NCBI GenBank assembly: GCA_950097015.1
Contig: CATNEN010000003.1
Span: 806,001-870,000, forward strand
DNA length: 64,000 nucleotides
Source of the DNA: Macrostomum hystrix
Taxonomy: Eukaryota; Animalia; Platyhelminthes
Direction: 5' to 3'
The position numbers were made by a program, and so were the translations under genes. The first letter of the stretch is position 1, and every line of letters begins with the position of its first letter. Below are positions 38,601 through 50,600 of this stretch, piece after piece. The notes beneath the pieces are model-generated. The model was not told the DNA's origin. It made no database searches and saw only the letters and a program-made list of their open reading frames with translations.

Positions 38601-41443
38601 CACCCATCCCAAACCATACCCTCTCCCTATCCTACACCCAGCCCAAACGATGCCCTCTCCCTATCCTACACCCATCCCAAACCATACCCTCTCCCTATCC
38701 TACACCCAGCCCAAACGATGCCCTCTCCCTATCCTACACCCATCCCAAAGCATACCCTCTCCCTATCCTACACCCATCCCAAACCATACCCTCTCCCTAT
38801 CCTACACCCATCCCAAACCATACCCTCTCCCTATCCTACACCCATTCCAAAACATACCCTCTCCCTATCCTACACCCATCCCAAACCATACCCTCTCCCT
38901 ATCCTACACCCATCCCAAACCATACCCTCTCCCTATCCTACACCCATCCCAAACCATACCCTCTCCCTATCCTACACCCAGCCCAAACCATACCCTCTCC
39001 CTATCCTACACCCATCCCAAACCATACCCTCTCCCTATCCTACACCCATCCCAAAGCATACCCTCTCCCTATCCTACCCCATCCCAAACGATGGGGTACA
39101 AAGGTTTTGCTTGGATTTATTAGAGGCTTGTTTCTGCTTGGGCTGGATCCCAATCCCAGTTTCGCTGGTGATCCGCAGCAAGCACGTTAGTCTTTTTACT
39201 GTATTTAGTTTCAATTAGCAATAAAGCCTGGCACTCATCTCAGACCATCCGAAAAAGTGAGCCATTAGTCTCAGCTGATCAGATCACCCAGCTTGCACTA
39301 TAGCTCGGTGGCAACTGTGATCCGCTTGGAGCACGAATAGTTGGATTCTGGAGATGGAAGGTTTCATGTCTTTGTCAAGCAATATGTTTGCTAAAATGAC
39401 TCGCGAAGCAACTGGTGGTTCCATCAGATCAGGCTGAGCTGTACAGTTGGCTTACATCAAACATCATCACTACTACAAATTCCAGAGGACTGGCCAGCTG
39501 GACTAAGAGACCTAATCGACAACATCGAGCCTGAACTAGTTGGCTGGAGCCTGGAGTCTCACTGTGACTGGAAACTGGCCTGCTACAAGTGCGCCAAGTC
39601 TATTGATGCCCTGCAGAGCAAGTTCTCAATTAATGAGTCCCTTAATATATGTGAGCAATGTGAGCAGTGCTTCCTACTGGTCAGACCGAAGGGTAACGCA
39701 GTCAGCAACGAGTGGCGGCGAGTCCGCCTCAAAGTGCGGAAAGTGATTAGGTGCCAGAATTATGACTCGGGAAAATGCCGTTGCTCCGACTGCGACAGGG
39801 CCCACGGTGACTTGGAGCTGAAAATCTGGAAACTGGAGAGGCTCCAGAAGTTCTCGATTGAACAGTTTCTAGAAGACAACCGCACAGCTGGGTCACAACT
39901 GCCGCTGATTCTCCGCGAGCTCCCAGGAAGCAGAGGACAACCGAGTCGCATTGTGTACGCGGGTCCACAGCAACGGCCCGCCAGAATTCAGCCCGAGGTC
40001 CAAATGGGAAACGATTCCAGGGCCAAGCTTTGTAAATTTGTTTTAGATAATAAGCAATGTCGCAATTGGGACACTTGCACATTTGCGCATTGTGCCGAAG
40101 AGGAGCAATTGTGGAATGTCATGAAGAATCCCAAAGGTAAATCGTGATCTACATCAATGAGTTGTGGTATAAGTAGTCTTCTCCACAGAACTCGCATCAG
40201 ATCTGCTGGCCCACCCAGCACATTAGCATGACGCCCGTTTCCCAAACCCCAACCCAATGCCTAGCACATTTTATTTTCCAAACTCCTGGCCAAAGAATCT
40301 GCAAACTCTTATCAAATAGATGCTGCCCGAGAGACCGAATAGTGGAAGCTCTTTCAGGCGCTTCCCAAAGCATACCCTCTCCCTATCCTACCCCATCCCA
40401 AACCATACCCTCTCCCTATCCTACACCCATCCCAAACCATACCCTCTCCCTATCCTACCCCATCCCAAACCATACCCTCTCCCTATCCTACACACATCCC
40501 AAACCATACCCTCTCCCTATCCTACACCCATTCCAAACCATACCCTCTCCCCATTCTACACACATCCCAAACCATACCCTCTCCCTATCCTACACCCATC
40601 CCAAACCATACCCTCTCCCCATTCTACACACATCCCAAACCATACCCTCTCCCTATCCTACACCCATCCCAAACCTTACCCTCTCCCTATCCTACACCCA
40701 TCCCAAACCATACCCTCTCCCTATCCTACACCCATCCCAAACCATACCCTCTCCCTATCCTACACCCATCCCAAACCATACCCTCTCCCTATCCTTCACC
40801 CATCCCAAACCATACCCTCTCCCTATCATTCACCCATCCCAAACCATACCCTCTCCCTATTCTACACACATCCCAAACCATACCCTCTCCCTATCCTTCA
40901 CCCATCCCAAACCATACCCTCTCCCCATTCTACACACATCCTAAACCATACCCTCTCCCTATCCTACACCCATCCCAAACCATACCCTCTCCCCATTCTA
41001 CACACATCCCAAACCATACCCTCTCCCTATCCTACACCCATCCAAACCTTACCCTCTCCCTATCCTACACCCATCCCAAACCATACCCTCTCCCTATCCT
41101 ACACCCATCCCAAACCATACCCTCTCCCTATCCTACACCCATCCCAAAGCATACCCTCTCCCCATTCCTATCCTACAGTCCTACAGGCATTGATCGCGTG
41201 TTTGAAACCCACAATCGACTTTGTCTGGCGCAAGCAGACTAAATTACAAAGCATTTATTTTATGTTCCAGACACCTGGCCGATTGCTCTGCGATCTTTTA
41301 TCGAAAAGATACCAGCACAAAATATCTTTGCGTTTGGCGGAAGCTCTGCCAGCCAATCAGGCGACCGCAGGAGTCTGGTACAGCAGAAGTCAAAAAAAGC
41401 CAAGAACCTGTTTGAGGTACTGCCTTGCGATGTGCAAGACTAA
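32649..41443 (+). CDS. IFIT-like TPR / HEPN-like / CCCH zinc-finger multidomain protein, copy A; exons 32649-35651, 35804-36434, 37155-37802, 39486-40136, 41271-41443 (~1701 aa)
   Basis: A 3-kb open first exon; GT-AG junctions join in frame (5106 nt). The N-terminus FDAVECHSKW...SEHDDQ...AVKGWTMHWF resembles the IFIT N-terminus (LxxLxCHFTW...EEHDNQ...EEGWALL). LEESRKVLDAVWNELV, YYPF and NRDKH suggest a HEPN-like domain. Three homologous exons each carry CxxC-CxxC, WxRVR and two CCCH fingers followed by AHxxxExxxW. The gene structure is solid; domain names are motif-based inference. An upstream exon is possible (acceptor cag at 32635-32637). Confidence 0.85.
36484..36803. repeat. 34-bp C-rich satellite (ccctctccctatcctacacccatcccaaaccata)n, intron 2 of copy A
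   Basis: Direct periodicity. Confidence 0.9.
37857..39092. repeat. 34-bp C-rich satellite, intron 3 of copy A
   Basis: Direct periodicity; explains the (PSPYPTPIPNHTLSLSY)n ORFs. Confidence 0.95.
40363..41176. repeat. 34-bp C-rich satellite, intron 4 of copy A
   Basis: Direct periodicity. Confidence 0.95.
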
Positions 41444-41829
41444 TGTTTACTGTTTCGTCACCTTTTGTACGACTTTATTTTACCATTTCAATTTGATGCT
41501 GCCGATCTGCTCCATTAATATTTGCACCCATTGTCCACATTGTTAATGCCAAAGAAACTATGGAAAGATGGCAGCTAAGTACAGGATCTGATTGAGCTGG
41601 TTTTCGCTCAAAAAGTTTTTCACAGTCTTGCTGGTGTGAGAGCATGCATTGTGACTCGTCCATTCCCTGAGTTTGCGCTAAAATCGTCTGGTTATCACAT
41701 CTGTGCTAGTTGGGCCATAGACATCCATGCAGGAAAAGTTTCCCGTTCCTTACGACACACTCAAAATCCATGATTCTGCTGAAATTTACTACTTAAAGCA
41801 CGAGAGACCTTTAATATTAGACTCGTTGC

Positions 41830-42324
41830 TTACTAGCCTTGACTGTGAACTCAGAGAGGTATCAAGGGCAATATATAACCAAGGTTACTAGCCTGGACTG
41901 TGAACTCAGAGAGGTATCAAGGGCAATATATAACCAAGGTTACTAGCCTGGACTGTGAACTCAGAGAGGTATCAAGGGCAATATATAACCAAGGTTACTA
42001 GCCTTGACTGTGAACTCAGAGAGGTATCAAGGGCATTATATAACCAAGTTTACTAGCCTGGACTGTGAACTCAGAGAGGTATCAAGGGCAATATATAACC
42101 AAGGTTACTAGCCTGGACTGTGAACTCAGAGAGGTATCAAGGGCAATATATAACCAAGGTTACTAGCCTGGACTGTGAACTCAGAGAGGTATCAAGGGCA
42201 ATATATAACCAAGGTTACTAGCCTGGACTGTGAACTCAGAGAGGTATCAAGGGCAATATATAACCAAGGTTACTAGCCTGGACTGTGAACTCAGAGAGGT
42301 ATCAAGGGCAATATATAACCAAGG
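41830..42324. repeat. 55-bp tandem repeat x9 (ttactagcctggactgtgaactcagagaggtatcaagggcaatatataaccaagg)
   Basis: Nine near-identical contiguous units with no spacers. Confidence 0.95.
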
Positions 42325-43611
42325 CGTCTCAAGTTGATTTTGTTTATGAATTCCTGCGATGCCCCGTCGACATGCACTAAATTACACAAGTGCAGTAACT
42401 TTTCCAACTAAAACTGTCGACATTGCTTGGTGTTTTGTCAGCTTTTTGTCAGTTTTTTATTTGATTTGTGTATGTTACTGTCTGAGATTTCTGACTGTTT
42501 ATTAACGAAAAAACTCACTAAAGTAAACTTTTTCATAACTTAACATTTTGCGATTCAAAACTGACTAATACTGGGTGCGAGCGTATATTCAGAAGCTTAC
42601 AGAAGCACAACTTTTCTAATTATTTTAGCTAGTTTTCTCTGCTCTCTAAAACAGTAATATTGAAACATTTTTTGCGCATGCGGGTGTAAAACTTTGAAGT
42701 CGTACTTGGCACGTAGTTTCACAATTACTTAAACGTAAAATGGCATGCACCTGATTTTAATCTTTTGCCCAGTAGTTAGAGCTTCGAAATTTTGATCGAG
42801 TGTTCGGGAGTTCGAATCTTGGCCTAACCGGCCCAACCAAGCTGGGATAAGACATTGGGTTGGCTGTATTGGCTCATCCATTTGCATGAGCGTTACACCA
42901 TTTTTGGAAGCTCCTACGGAATAGCTTTGGTTTTGTAACTGGCTGCACAACTGGGACGTTTGGCGCACTTTTTTCTCTTTTTAGATTTTTCTATCGTACA
43001 TTTCTTTCTTTAATTATAACATAACATTAACTATAACAAAATGTTTTATAAGGTTACTGAAATTCTTTGCTTAATGCGAATCACAAATAGTCGACAACAA
43101 TATACACAGTGGAAGGTGTTACTTATGTTTTGATCGCAGCATAAATGGAACGTGAAGTGACGTTTGAGAATAGATCGAATGCTCATTGAGGTAACGGAAT
43201 GGAAATTTTACTATCGAGAATATTCTTCCGCAGCACGAAAGTCTAGTGCCAGTAGTGTCGCACTGCCTCTGTTGTCATGACAACAAGCTGCCCCGCTTTG
43301 TTCGCATTGTGAATTATTTCTATCTATTTTTTTCTCAACTGAGTACATGTAGCTAGGAACTTGGATGTACGTGCTTGTAAGAGAAACTAGGAACTACGTT
43401 TCCAAATGAACAGAGCTAGCTGAATGTGCATTAAGAAAGGAACTGCATGGGGTGAAGTCTATAGGATGGAAGCAGTTTCCTGAACAGGCTTTGAGCGAGC
43501 TGCAGCACAGACTGCCAATATTAGCACTTCCTTTATACTACAGCTAACTGTCTTTGCAGTTACAGATACTATAACTCAAACTGACACCTACTGTATATAG
43601 AAACAGTAGGT

Positions 43612-43905
43612 TCTAGTAGCATTTGTGGTTAGAGCGTCGGACTCACGACTTGAAGGTCGGGGGTTCGATTCCCGACTGGAACAATTTGCGTCCTCCTTTA
43701 GCAGGCAATTAACTTAGCATTGCTTCAGTTCACCCCAGCTGCTTAATGGGTTCCAGCATTACAGGAATAATTGAGGGTGGGTGTGGCGTCTCCACAGTCC
43801 ATGGACTGAACAGCTGTACGCAGCCTTCAGATGCGCCGCGCATTAGCTGCTGCTGTGCTGTCGGCTGCACATCTGACCCAATTGGGGCAGGTGTAATCAA
43901 TTAAT
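43612..43905 (+). mobile_element. tRNA-derived SINE family 2 (near full length)
   Basis: A-box gtggttagagcg and B-box ggttcgattccc, followed by a ~230-bp body shared with 62380-62650. Confidence 0.8.
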
Positions 43906-44693
43906 TTTTTTACAGAAACAATTGAGGCAAGCACGATGTAAATAAACATTTATTTACATCGTACATTAAATTAGTACCCATTCAATTTTGGAAATTTGAA
44001 CAAAAACTTAATTGCACACCAGGTGAAACAGACCGATTTAAGCACGCAAATAAAATAAAAATGTGGCAGTTTATTTAGCGAAGTTGATGTCGCTGAGTTA
44101 AGCAATATTAAATCAGATTGGCCTGTACAATACATGAGCACAGAACTTTTTAATCAATTGCATGCTGTACGCGTGTAATTCGCAGAGAAATAAAAATTAG
44201 TTAAAATAACATAATTTAATTGTTAAGAAAAAACTGGCACATTATAAAGTAAACGACGCCGTATAACAATTAGACTACAAATTATTGTAGTCTATGGTAA
44301 TGAGAGCTGTGCGCTGTAGCGATTCCCAAATTGATTCTGAATTGCGGCAGAATAATAAAGTTAATGTGTGTCGTAAAGTAAAGTGAAAACATTTCCAGCA
44401 TGTCTATGGCCCAACCTACACAAAGATGTCTCGCAAATCAGACGATTTTAATGCAAACTTAGGGAATGTACGAGCGTAAGAGTCACGATTCATGCTCACA
44501 TCAGCAAGACTGTGAAATACTTTTTAGCCAAGCAAAAAGTAAACCAGCTCTATCAGATCCTGTACTTAGATGCCAGCTGTCCATAATTTATTCGACATGT
44601 GAACAATGGGTGCAAATTCTTTTATAGCATATCGGCAGCATCAAATCAAAATGGTAAAATAAAGTCTTGTCAAATGTGACGAAACAGTAAACA

Positions 44694-47600
44694 TTAGTGA
44701 TCTAGCACATCGCGAGGCAGTACCTCAAACAGGTTCTTGGCTTTTTTTACTTCTGCGGTACCAAAGAATCGCCTGTACGGTTTTGTTTGCTTTGTTCCTA
44801 CAGCCCGCGCTGATTGGCTGGCAGAGCTTCCGCCAGAGGCAAGGCTATTTTGTGCTGGTATCTTTTCAACAAGAGATCGCAGAGCAATCGGCCAGGTGTC
44901 TGGAACATAAATGCTTTGTAATTTAGTCTGCTTGCGCCAGACAAAGTGGATTGTGGCTTTCAAACACGCGATCAATGCCAGAATGTTGCATAGGAATGGG
45001 GTATGGTGTGGCATGGACTGTAGGATAGGGAGAGGGTATGCTTTGGGATGGGTGTAGGATGGGGATGGGGCATGGTGTGGTATGGACTATAGGAAAGGAA
45101 TGGGGCATGGTGTGGTATGGACTATAGGAAAGGAATGGGGCATGGTGTGGGATGGACTGTAGGATGGGAATGGGGCATGTGGGATGGACTGTAGGATGGG
45201 ATCACCAGCGAAACTGGGATTGGGATCCAGCCCAAGCAAAACAAGCCTCTAATAAATCCAAGCAAAACCTTTGTGTCTGTTGGAGATCTTGCTCTATCAG
45301 CCTTAAGTAATTATCCGTGCAATGAGGCTGGGCATCGTTTGGGATGGGTGTAGGATAGGGAGAGGGTATGGTTTGGGATGGGTGTAGGATAGGGAGAGGG
45401 TATGGTTTGGGATGGGTGTAGGATAGGGAGAGGGTATGGTTTGGGATGGGGTAGGATAGGGAGAGGATATGGTTTGGGATGGGGTAGGATAGGGAGAGGG
45501 TATGGTTTGGGATGGGGTAGGATAGGGAGAGGGTATGGTTTGGGATGGGGTAGGATAGGGAGAGGGTATGGTTTGGGATGGGTGTAGGATAGGGAGAGGG
45601 TATGGTTTGGGATGGGTGTAGGATAGGGAGAGGGCATCGTTTAGGATGGGTGTAGGATAGGGACAGGGCATCGTTTAGGATGGGTGTAGGATAGGGAGAG
45701 GGCATCGTTTAGGATGGGTGTAGGATAGGGAGAGGGCATCGTTTGGGATGGGTGTAGGATAGGGAGAGGGCATCGCTTAGGATGGGTGTAGGATAGGGAG
45801 AGGGCATCGTTTAGGATGGGTGTAGGATAGGGAGAGGGCATCGTTTAGGATGGGTGTAGGATAGGGAGAGGGCATCGTTTAGGATGGGTGTAGGATAGGG
45901 AGAGGGCATCGTTTAGGATGGGTGTAGGATAGGGAGAGGGCATCGTTTAGGATGGGTGTAGGATAGGGAGAGGGCATCGTTTAGGATGGGTGTAGGATAG
46001 GGAGAGGGCATCGTTTGGGATGGGTGTAGGATAGGGAGAGGGCATCGCTTAGGATGGGTGTAGGATAGGGAGAGGGCATCGTTTGGGATGGGTGTAGGAT
46101 AGGGAGAGGGCATCGCTTAGGATGGGTGTATGATAGGGAGAGCTCTATCCTACTTTCTTAGTCCAGCTGGCCAGTCCTCTGGAATTTGTAGTAGTGATGT
46201 TGTTTGATGTAAGCCAACTGTACAGCTCAGCCTGATCTGATGGAACCACCAGTTGCTTCGCGAGTCATTTTGGCAAACATATTGCTTGACAAAGACATGA
46301 AACCTTCCATCTCCAGAATCCAACTATTCGTGCTCCAAGCGGATAACAGTTGCCACCGAGCTATAGTGCAAGCTGGGTGATCTGATCAGCTGAGACTCAT
46401 GGTTCACTTTTTCGGTTGATCTGAGAAGAGTGCCAGGCTTTATTGCTGAGAGAAACTAAATACAGTAAAAGACTAACGTGCTTGCTGTGGATCCCCAGCG
46501 AAACTGGGATTGGGATCCAGCCCAAGCAGAAACAAGCCTCTAATAAATCCAAGCAAAACCTTTGTTTCTGTTGGAGATCTTGCTCTATCAGCCTTAGTAA
46601 TTATCCGTGCAATGACGCTGGGCATCGTTTGGGATGGGTGTAGGATAGGGAGAGGGTATGGTTTGGGATGGGTGTAGGATAGGGAGAGGGTATGGTTTGG
46701 GATGGGTGTAGGATAGGGAGAGGGTATGGTTTGGGATGGGGTAGGATAGGGAGAGGGTATGGTTTGGGATGGGTGTAGGATAGGGAGAGGGTATGGTTTG
46801 GGATGGGTGTAGGATAGGGAGAGGGTATGGTTTGGGATGGGTGTAGGATAGGGAGAGGGTATGGTTTGGGATGGGTGTAGGATAGGGAGAGGGTATGGTT
46901 TGGGATGGGGTAGGATAGGGAGAGGGTATGGTTTGGGATGGGTGTAGGATAGGGAGAGGGTATGGTTTGGGATGGGTGTAGGATAGGGAGAGGGTATGGT
47001 TTGGGATGGGGTAGGATAGGGAGAGGGTATGGTTTGGGATGGGTGTAGGATAGGGAGAGGGTATGGTTTGGGATGGGTGTAGGATAGGGAGAGGGTATGG
47101 TTTGGGATGGGTGTAGGATAGGGAGAGGGTATGGTTTGGGATGGGTGTAGGATAGGGAGAGGGTATGGTTTGGGATGGGTGTAGGATAGGGAGAGGGTAT
47201 GGTTTGGGATGGGTGTAGGATAGGGAGAGGGTATGGTTTGGGATGGGGTAGGATAGGGAGAGGGTATGGTTTGGGATGGGGTAGGATAGGGAGAGGGTAT
47301 GGTTTGGGATTGGGTAGGATAGGGAGAGGGTATGGTTTGGGATGGGGTAGGATAGGGAGAGGGTATGGTTTGGGATGGGTGTAGGATAGGGAGAGGGTAT
47401 GGTTTGGGATGGGGTAGGATAGGGAGAGGGTATGGTTTAAGATGGGGTAGGATAGGGAGAGGGTATGGTTTGGGATGGGGTAGGATAGGGAGAGGGTATG
47501 GTTTGGGATGGGGTTGGATAGGGAGAGGGTATGGTTTGGGATGGGGTAGGATAGGGAGAGGGTATGGTTTGGGATGGGGTTGGATAGGGAGAGGGTATGG

Positions 47601-50600
47601 TTTGGGATGGGTGTAGGATAGGGAGAGGGTATGGTTTGGGATGGGGTAGGATAGGGAGAGGGTATGGTTTGGGATGGGTGTAGGATAGGGAGAGGGTATG
47701 GTTTGGGATGGGGTAGGATAGGGAGAGGGTATGGTTTGGGATGGGTGTAGGATAGGGAGAGGGTACGGTGGGATGGGTGTAGGATAGGGAGAGGGTATGG
47801 TTTGGGATGGGGTAGGATAGGGAGAGGGTATGGTTTGGGATGGGGTAGGATAGGGAGAGGGTATGGTTTGGGATGGGGTAGGATAGGGAGAGGGTATGGT
47901 TTGGGATGGGGTAGGATAGGGAGAGGGTATGGTTTGGGATGGGGTAGGATAGGGAGAGGGTATGGTTTGGGACGGGGTAGGATAGGGAGAGGGTATGGTT
48001 TGGGATGGGTGTAGGATAGGGAGAGGGTATGGTTTGGGATGGGGTAGGATAGGGAGAGGGTATGGTTTGGGATGGGTGTAGGATAGGGAGAGGGTATGGT
48101 TTGGGATGGGGTAGGATAGGGAGAGGGTATGGTTTGGGATGGGTGTAGGATAGGGAGAGGCTATGGTTTGGGATGGGGTAGGATAGGGAGAGGCTATGGT
48201 TTGGGATGGGGTAGGATAGGGAGAGGCTATGGTTTGGGATGGGGTAGGATAGGGAGAGGGTATGGTTTGGGATGGGTGTAGGATAGGGAGAGGGTACGGT
48301 GGGATGGGTGTAGGATAGGGAGAGGGTATGGTTTGGGATGGGTATAGGATAGGGAGAGGGTATGGTTTGGAATGGGTGTAGGATAGGGAGAGGGTATGGT
48401 TTGGGATGGGGTAGGATAGGGAGAGGGTATGGTTTGGGATGGGTGTAGGATAGGGAGAGGGTATGGTTTGGGATGGGGTAGGATAGGGAGAGGGTATGGT
48501 TTGGGATGGGTGTAGGATAGGGAGAGGGTATGGTTTGGGATGTGTGTAGAATGGGGAGAGGGTATGGTTTGGGATGGGTGTAGGATAGGGAGAGGGTATG
48601 GTGGGATGGGTGTAGGATAGGGAAAGGGTATGGTTTGGGATGGGTGTAGAATGGGGAGAGGGTATGGTTTGGAATGGGTGAAGGATGGGAAGAGGGTTTG
48701 CCTTGGGATCGGTGTAGGATAGGGAGAGGGTATGGTTTGGGATGGGTGTAGGATAGGGAGAGGCTATGGTTTGGGATGGGTGTAGGATAGGAAGAGGGTA
48801 TGGTTTGGGATGTGTGTAGAATGGGGAGAGGGTATGGTTTGGAATGGGTGAAGGATGGGGAGAGGGTTTGCCTTGGGATGGGTGTAGGATAGGGAGACGG
48901 TATGGTTTGGGATGGGTGTAGGATAGGGAGAGGGAATGGTTTGGGATGGGTAGGATAGGGAGAGGCTATGGTTTGGGATGGGTGTAGGATAGGGAGAGGG
49001 TATGGTTTGGGATGGGTGTAGGATAGGGAGAGGGAATGGTTTGGGATGGGGTAGGATAGGGAGAGGGTATGGTTTGGGATGGGTGTAGGATAGGGAGAGG
49101 CTATGGTTTGGGATGGGGTAGGATAGGGAGAGGCTATGGTTTGGGATGGGGTAGGATAGGGAGAGGCTATGGTTTGGGATGGGTGTAGGATAGGGAGAGG
49201 GTATGGTTTGGGATGGGGTAGGATAGGGAGAGGGTATGGTTTGGGATGGGGTAGGATAGGGAGAGGCTATAGTTTGGGATGCGTGTAGGATAGGGAGAGG
49301 GAATGGTTTGGGATGGGTGTAGGATAGGGAGAGGCTATGGTTTGGGATGGGGTAGGATAGGGAGAGGCTATGGTTTGGGATGGGTGTAGGATAGGAAGAG
49401 GGTATGGTTTGGGATGTGTGTAGAATGGGGAGAGGGTATGGTTTGGAATGGGTAAAGGATGGGCAGAGGGTTTGCCTTGGGATGGGTGTAGGATAGGGAG
49501 AGGCTATGGTTTGGGATGGGTGTAGGATAGGGAGAGGGTATGGTTTGGGATGGGTGTAGGATAGGGAGAGGGAATGGTTTGGGATGGGGTAGGATAGGGA
49601 GAGGGTATGGTTTGGGATGGGTGTAGGATAGGGAGAGGGAATGGTTTGGGATGGGGTAGGATAGGGAGAGGGTATGGTTTGGGATGGGTGTAGGATAGGG
49701 AGAGGCTATGGTTTGGGATGGGGTAGGATAGGGAGAGGCTATGGTTTGGGATGGGGTAGGATAGGGAGAGGCTATGGTTTGGGATGGGTGTAGGATAGGG
49801 AGAGGGTATGGTTTGGGATGGGGTAGGATAGGGAGAGGCTATAGTTTGGGATGCGTGTAGGATAGGGAGAGGGAATGGTTTGGGATGGGTGTAGGATAGG
49901 GAGAGGGTATGGTTTGGGATGGGGTAGGATAGGGAGAGGCTATGGTTTGGGATGGGTGTAGGATAGGGAGAGGGTATGGTTTGGGATGGGTGTAGGATAG
50001 GGAGAGGGAATGGTTTGGGATGGGGTAGGATAGGGAGAGGGTATGGTTTGGGATGGGTGTAGGATAGGGAGAGGCTATGGTTTGGGATGGGTGTAGGATA
50101 GGGAGAGGCTATGGTTTGGGATGGGGTAGGATAGGGAGAGGCTATGGTTTGGGATGGGTGTAGGATAGGGAGAGGCTATGGTTTGGGATGCGTGTAGGAT
50201 AGGGAGAGGGAATGGTTTGGGATGGGGTAGGATAGGGAGAGGCTATGGTTTCGGATGGGTGTAGGATAGGGAGAGGGTTTGGGATGGGTGTAGGATAGGG
50301 AGAGGGAATGGTTTGGGATGGGTGTAGGATAGGGAGAGGCTATGGTTTGGGATGGGTGTAGGATAGGGAGAGGCTATGGTTTGGGATGGGTGTAGGATAG
50401 GGAGAGGCTATGGTTTGGGATGCGTGTAGGATAGGGAGAGGGAATGGTTTGGGATGGGGTAGGATAGGGAGAGGCTATGGTTTGGGATGGGTGTAGGATA
50501 GGGAGAGGGTATGGTGGGATGGGTGTAGGATAGGGAGAGGGTATGGTGGGATGGGTGTAGGATAGGGAAAGGGTTTGGTTTGGGATGGGTGTAGGATAGG

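Noticed and set aside
38514-41546. Pro/His/Tyr-rich extensin-like ORFs (and the GRGYGLGW ORFs at 45402-53440)
   Set aside because: Translations of the 34-bp intronic satellite.
41830-42324. CRISPR-like array
   Set aside because: The 55-bp units are contiguous and near-identical with no unique spacers; eukaryotic context and no cas genes.
43612-43685. tRNA gene (Val-CAC-like); likewise the Ala-like head at 1716
   Set aside because: No proper acceptor stem, and the tRNA-like head is followed by a body shared among dispersed copies, so these are SINEs.
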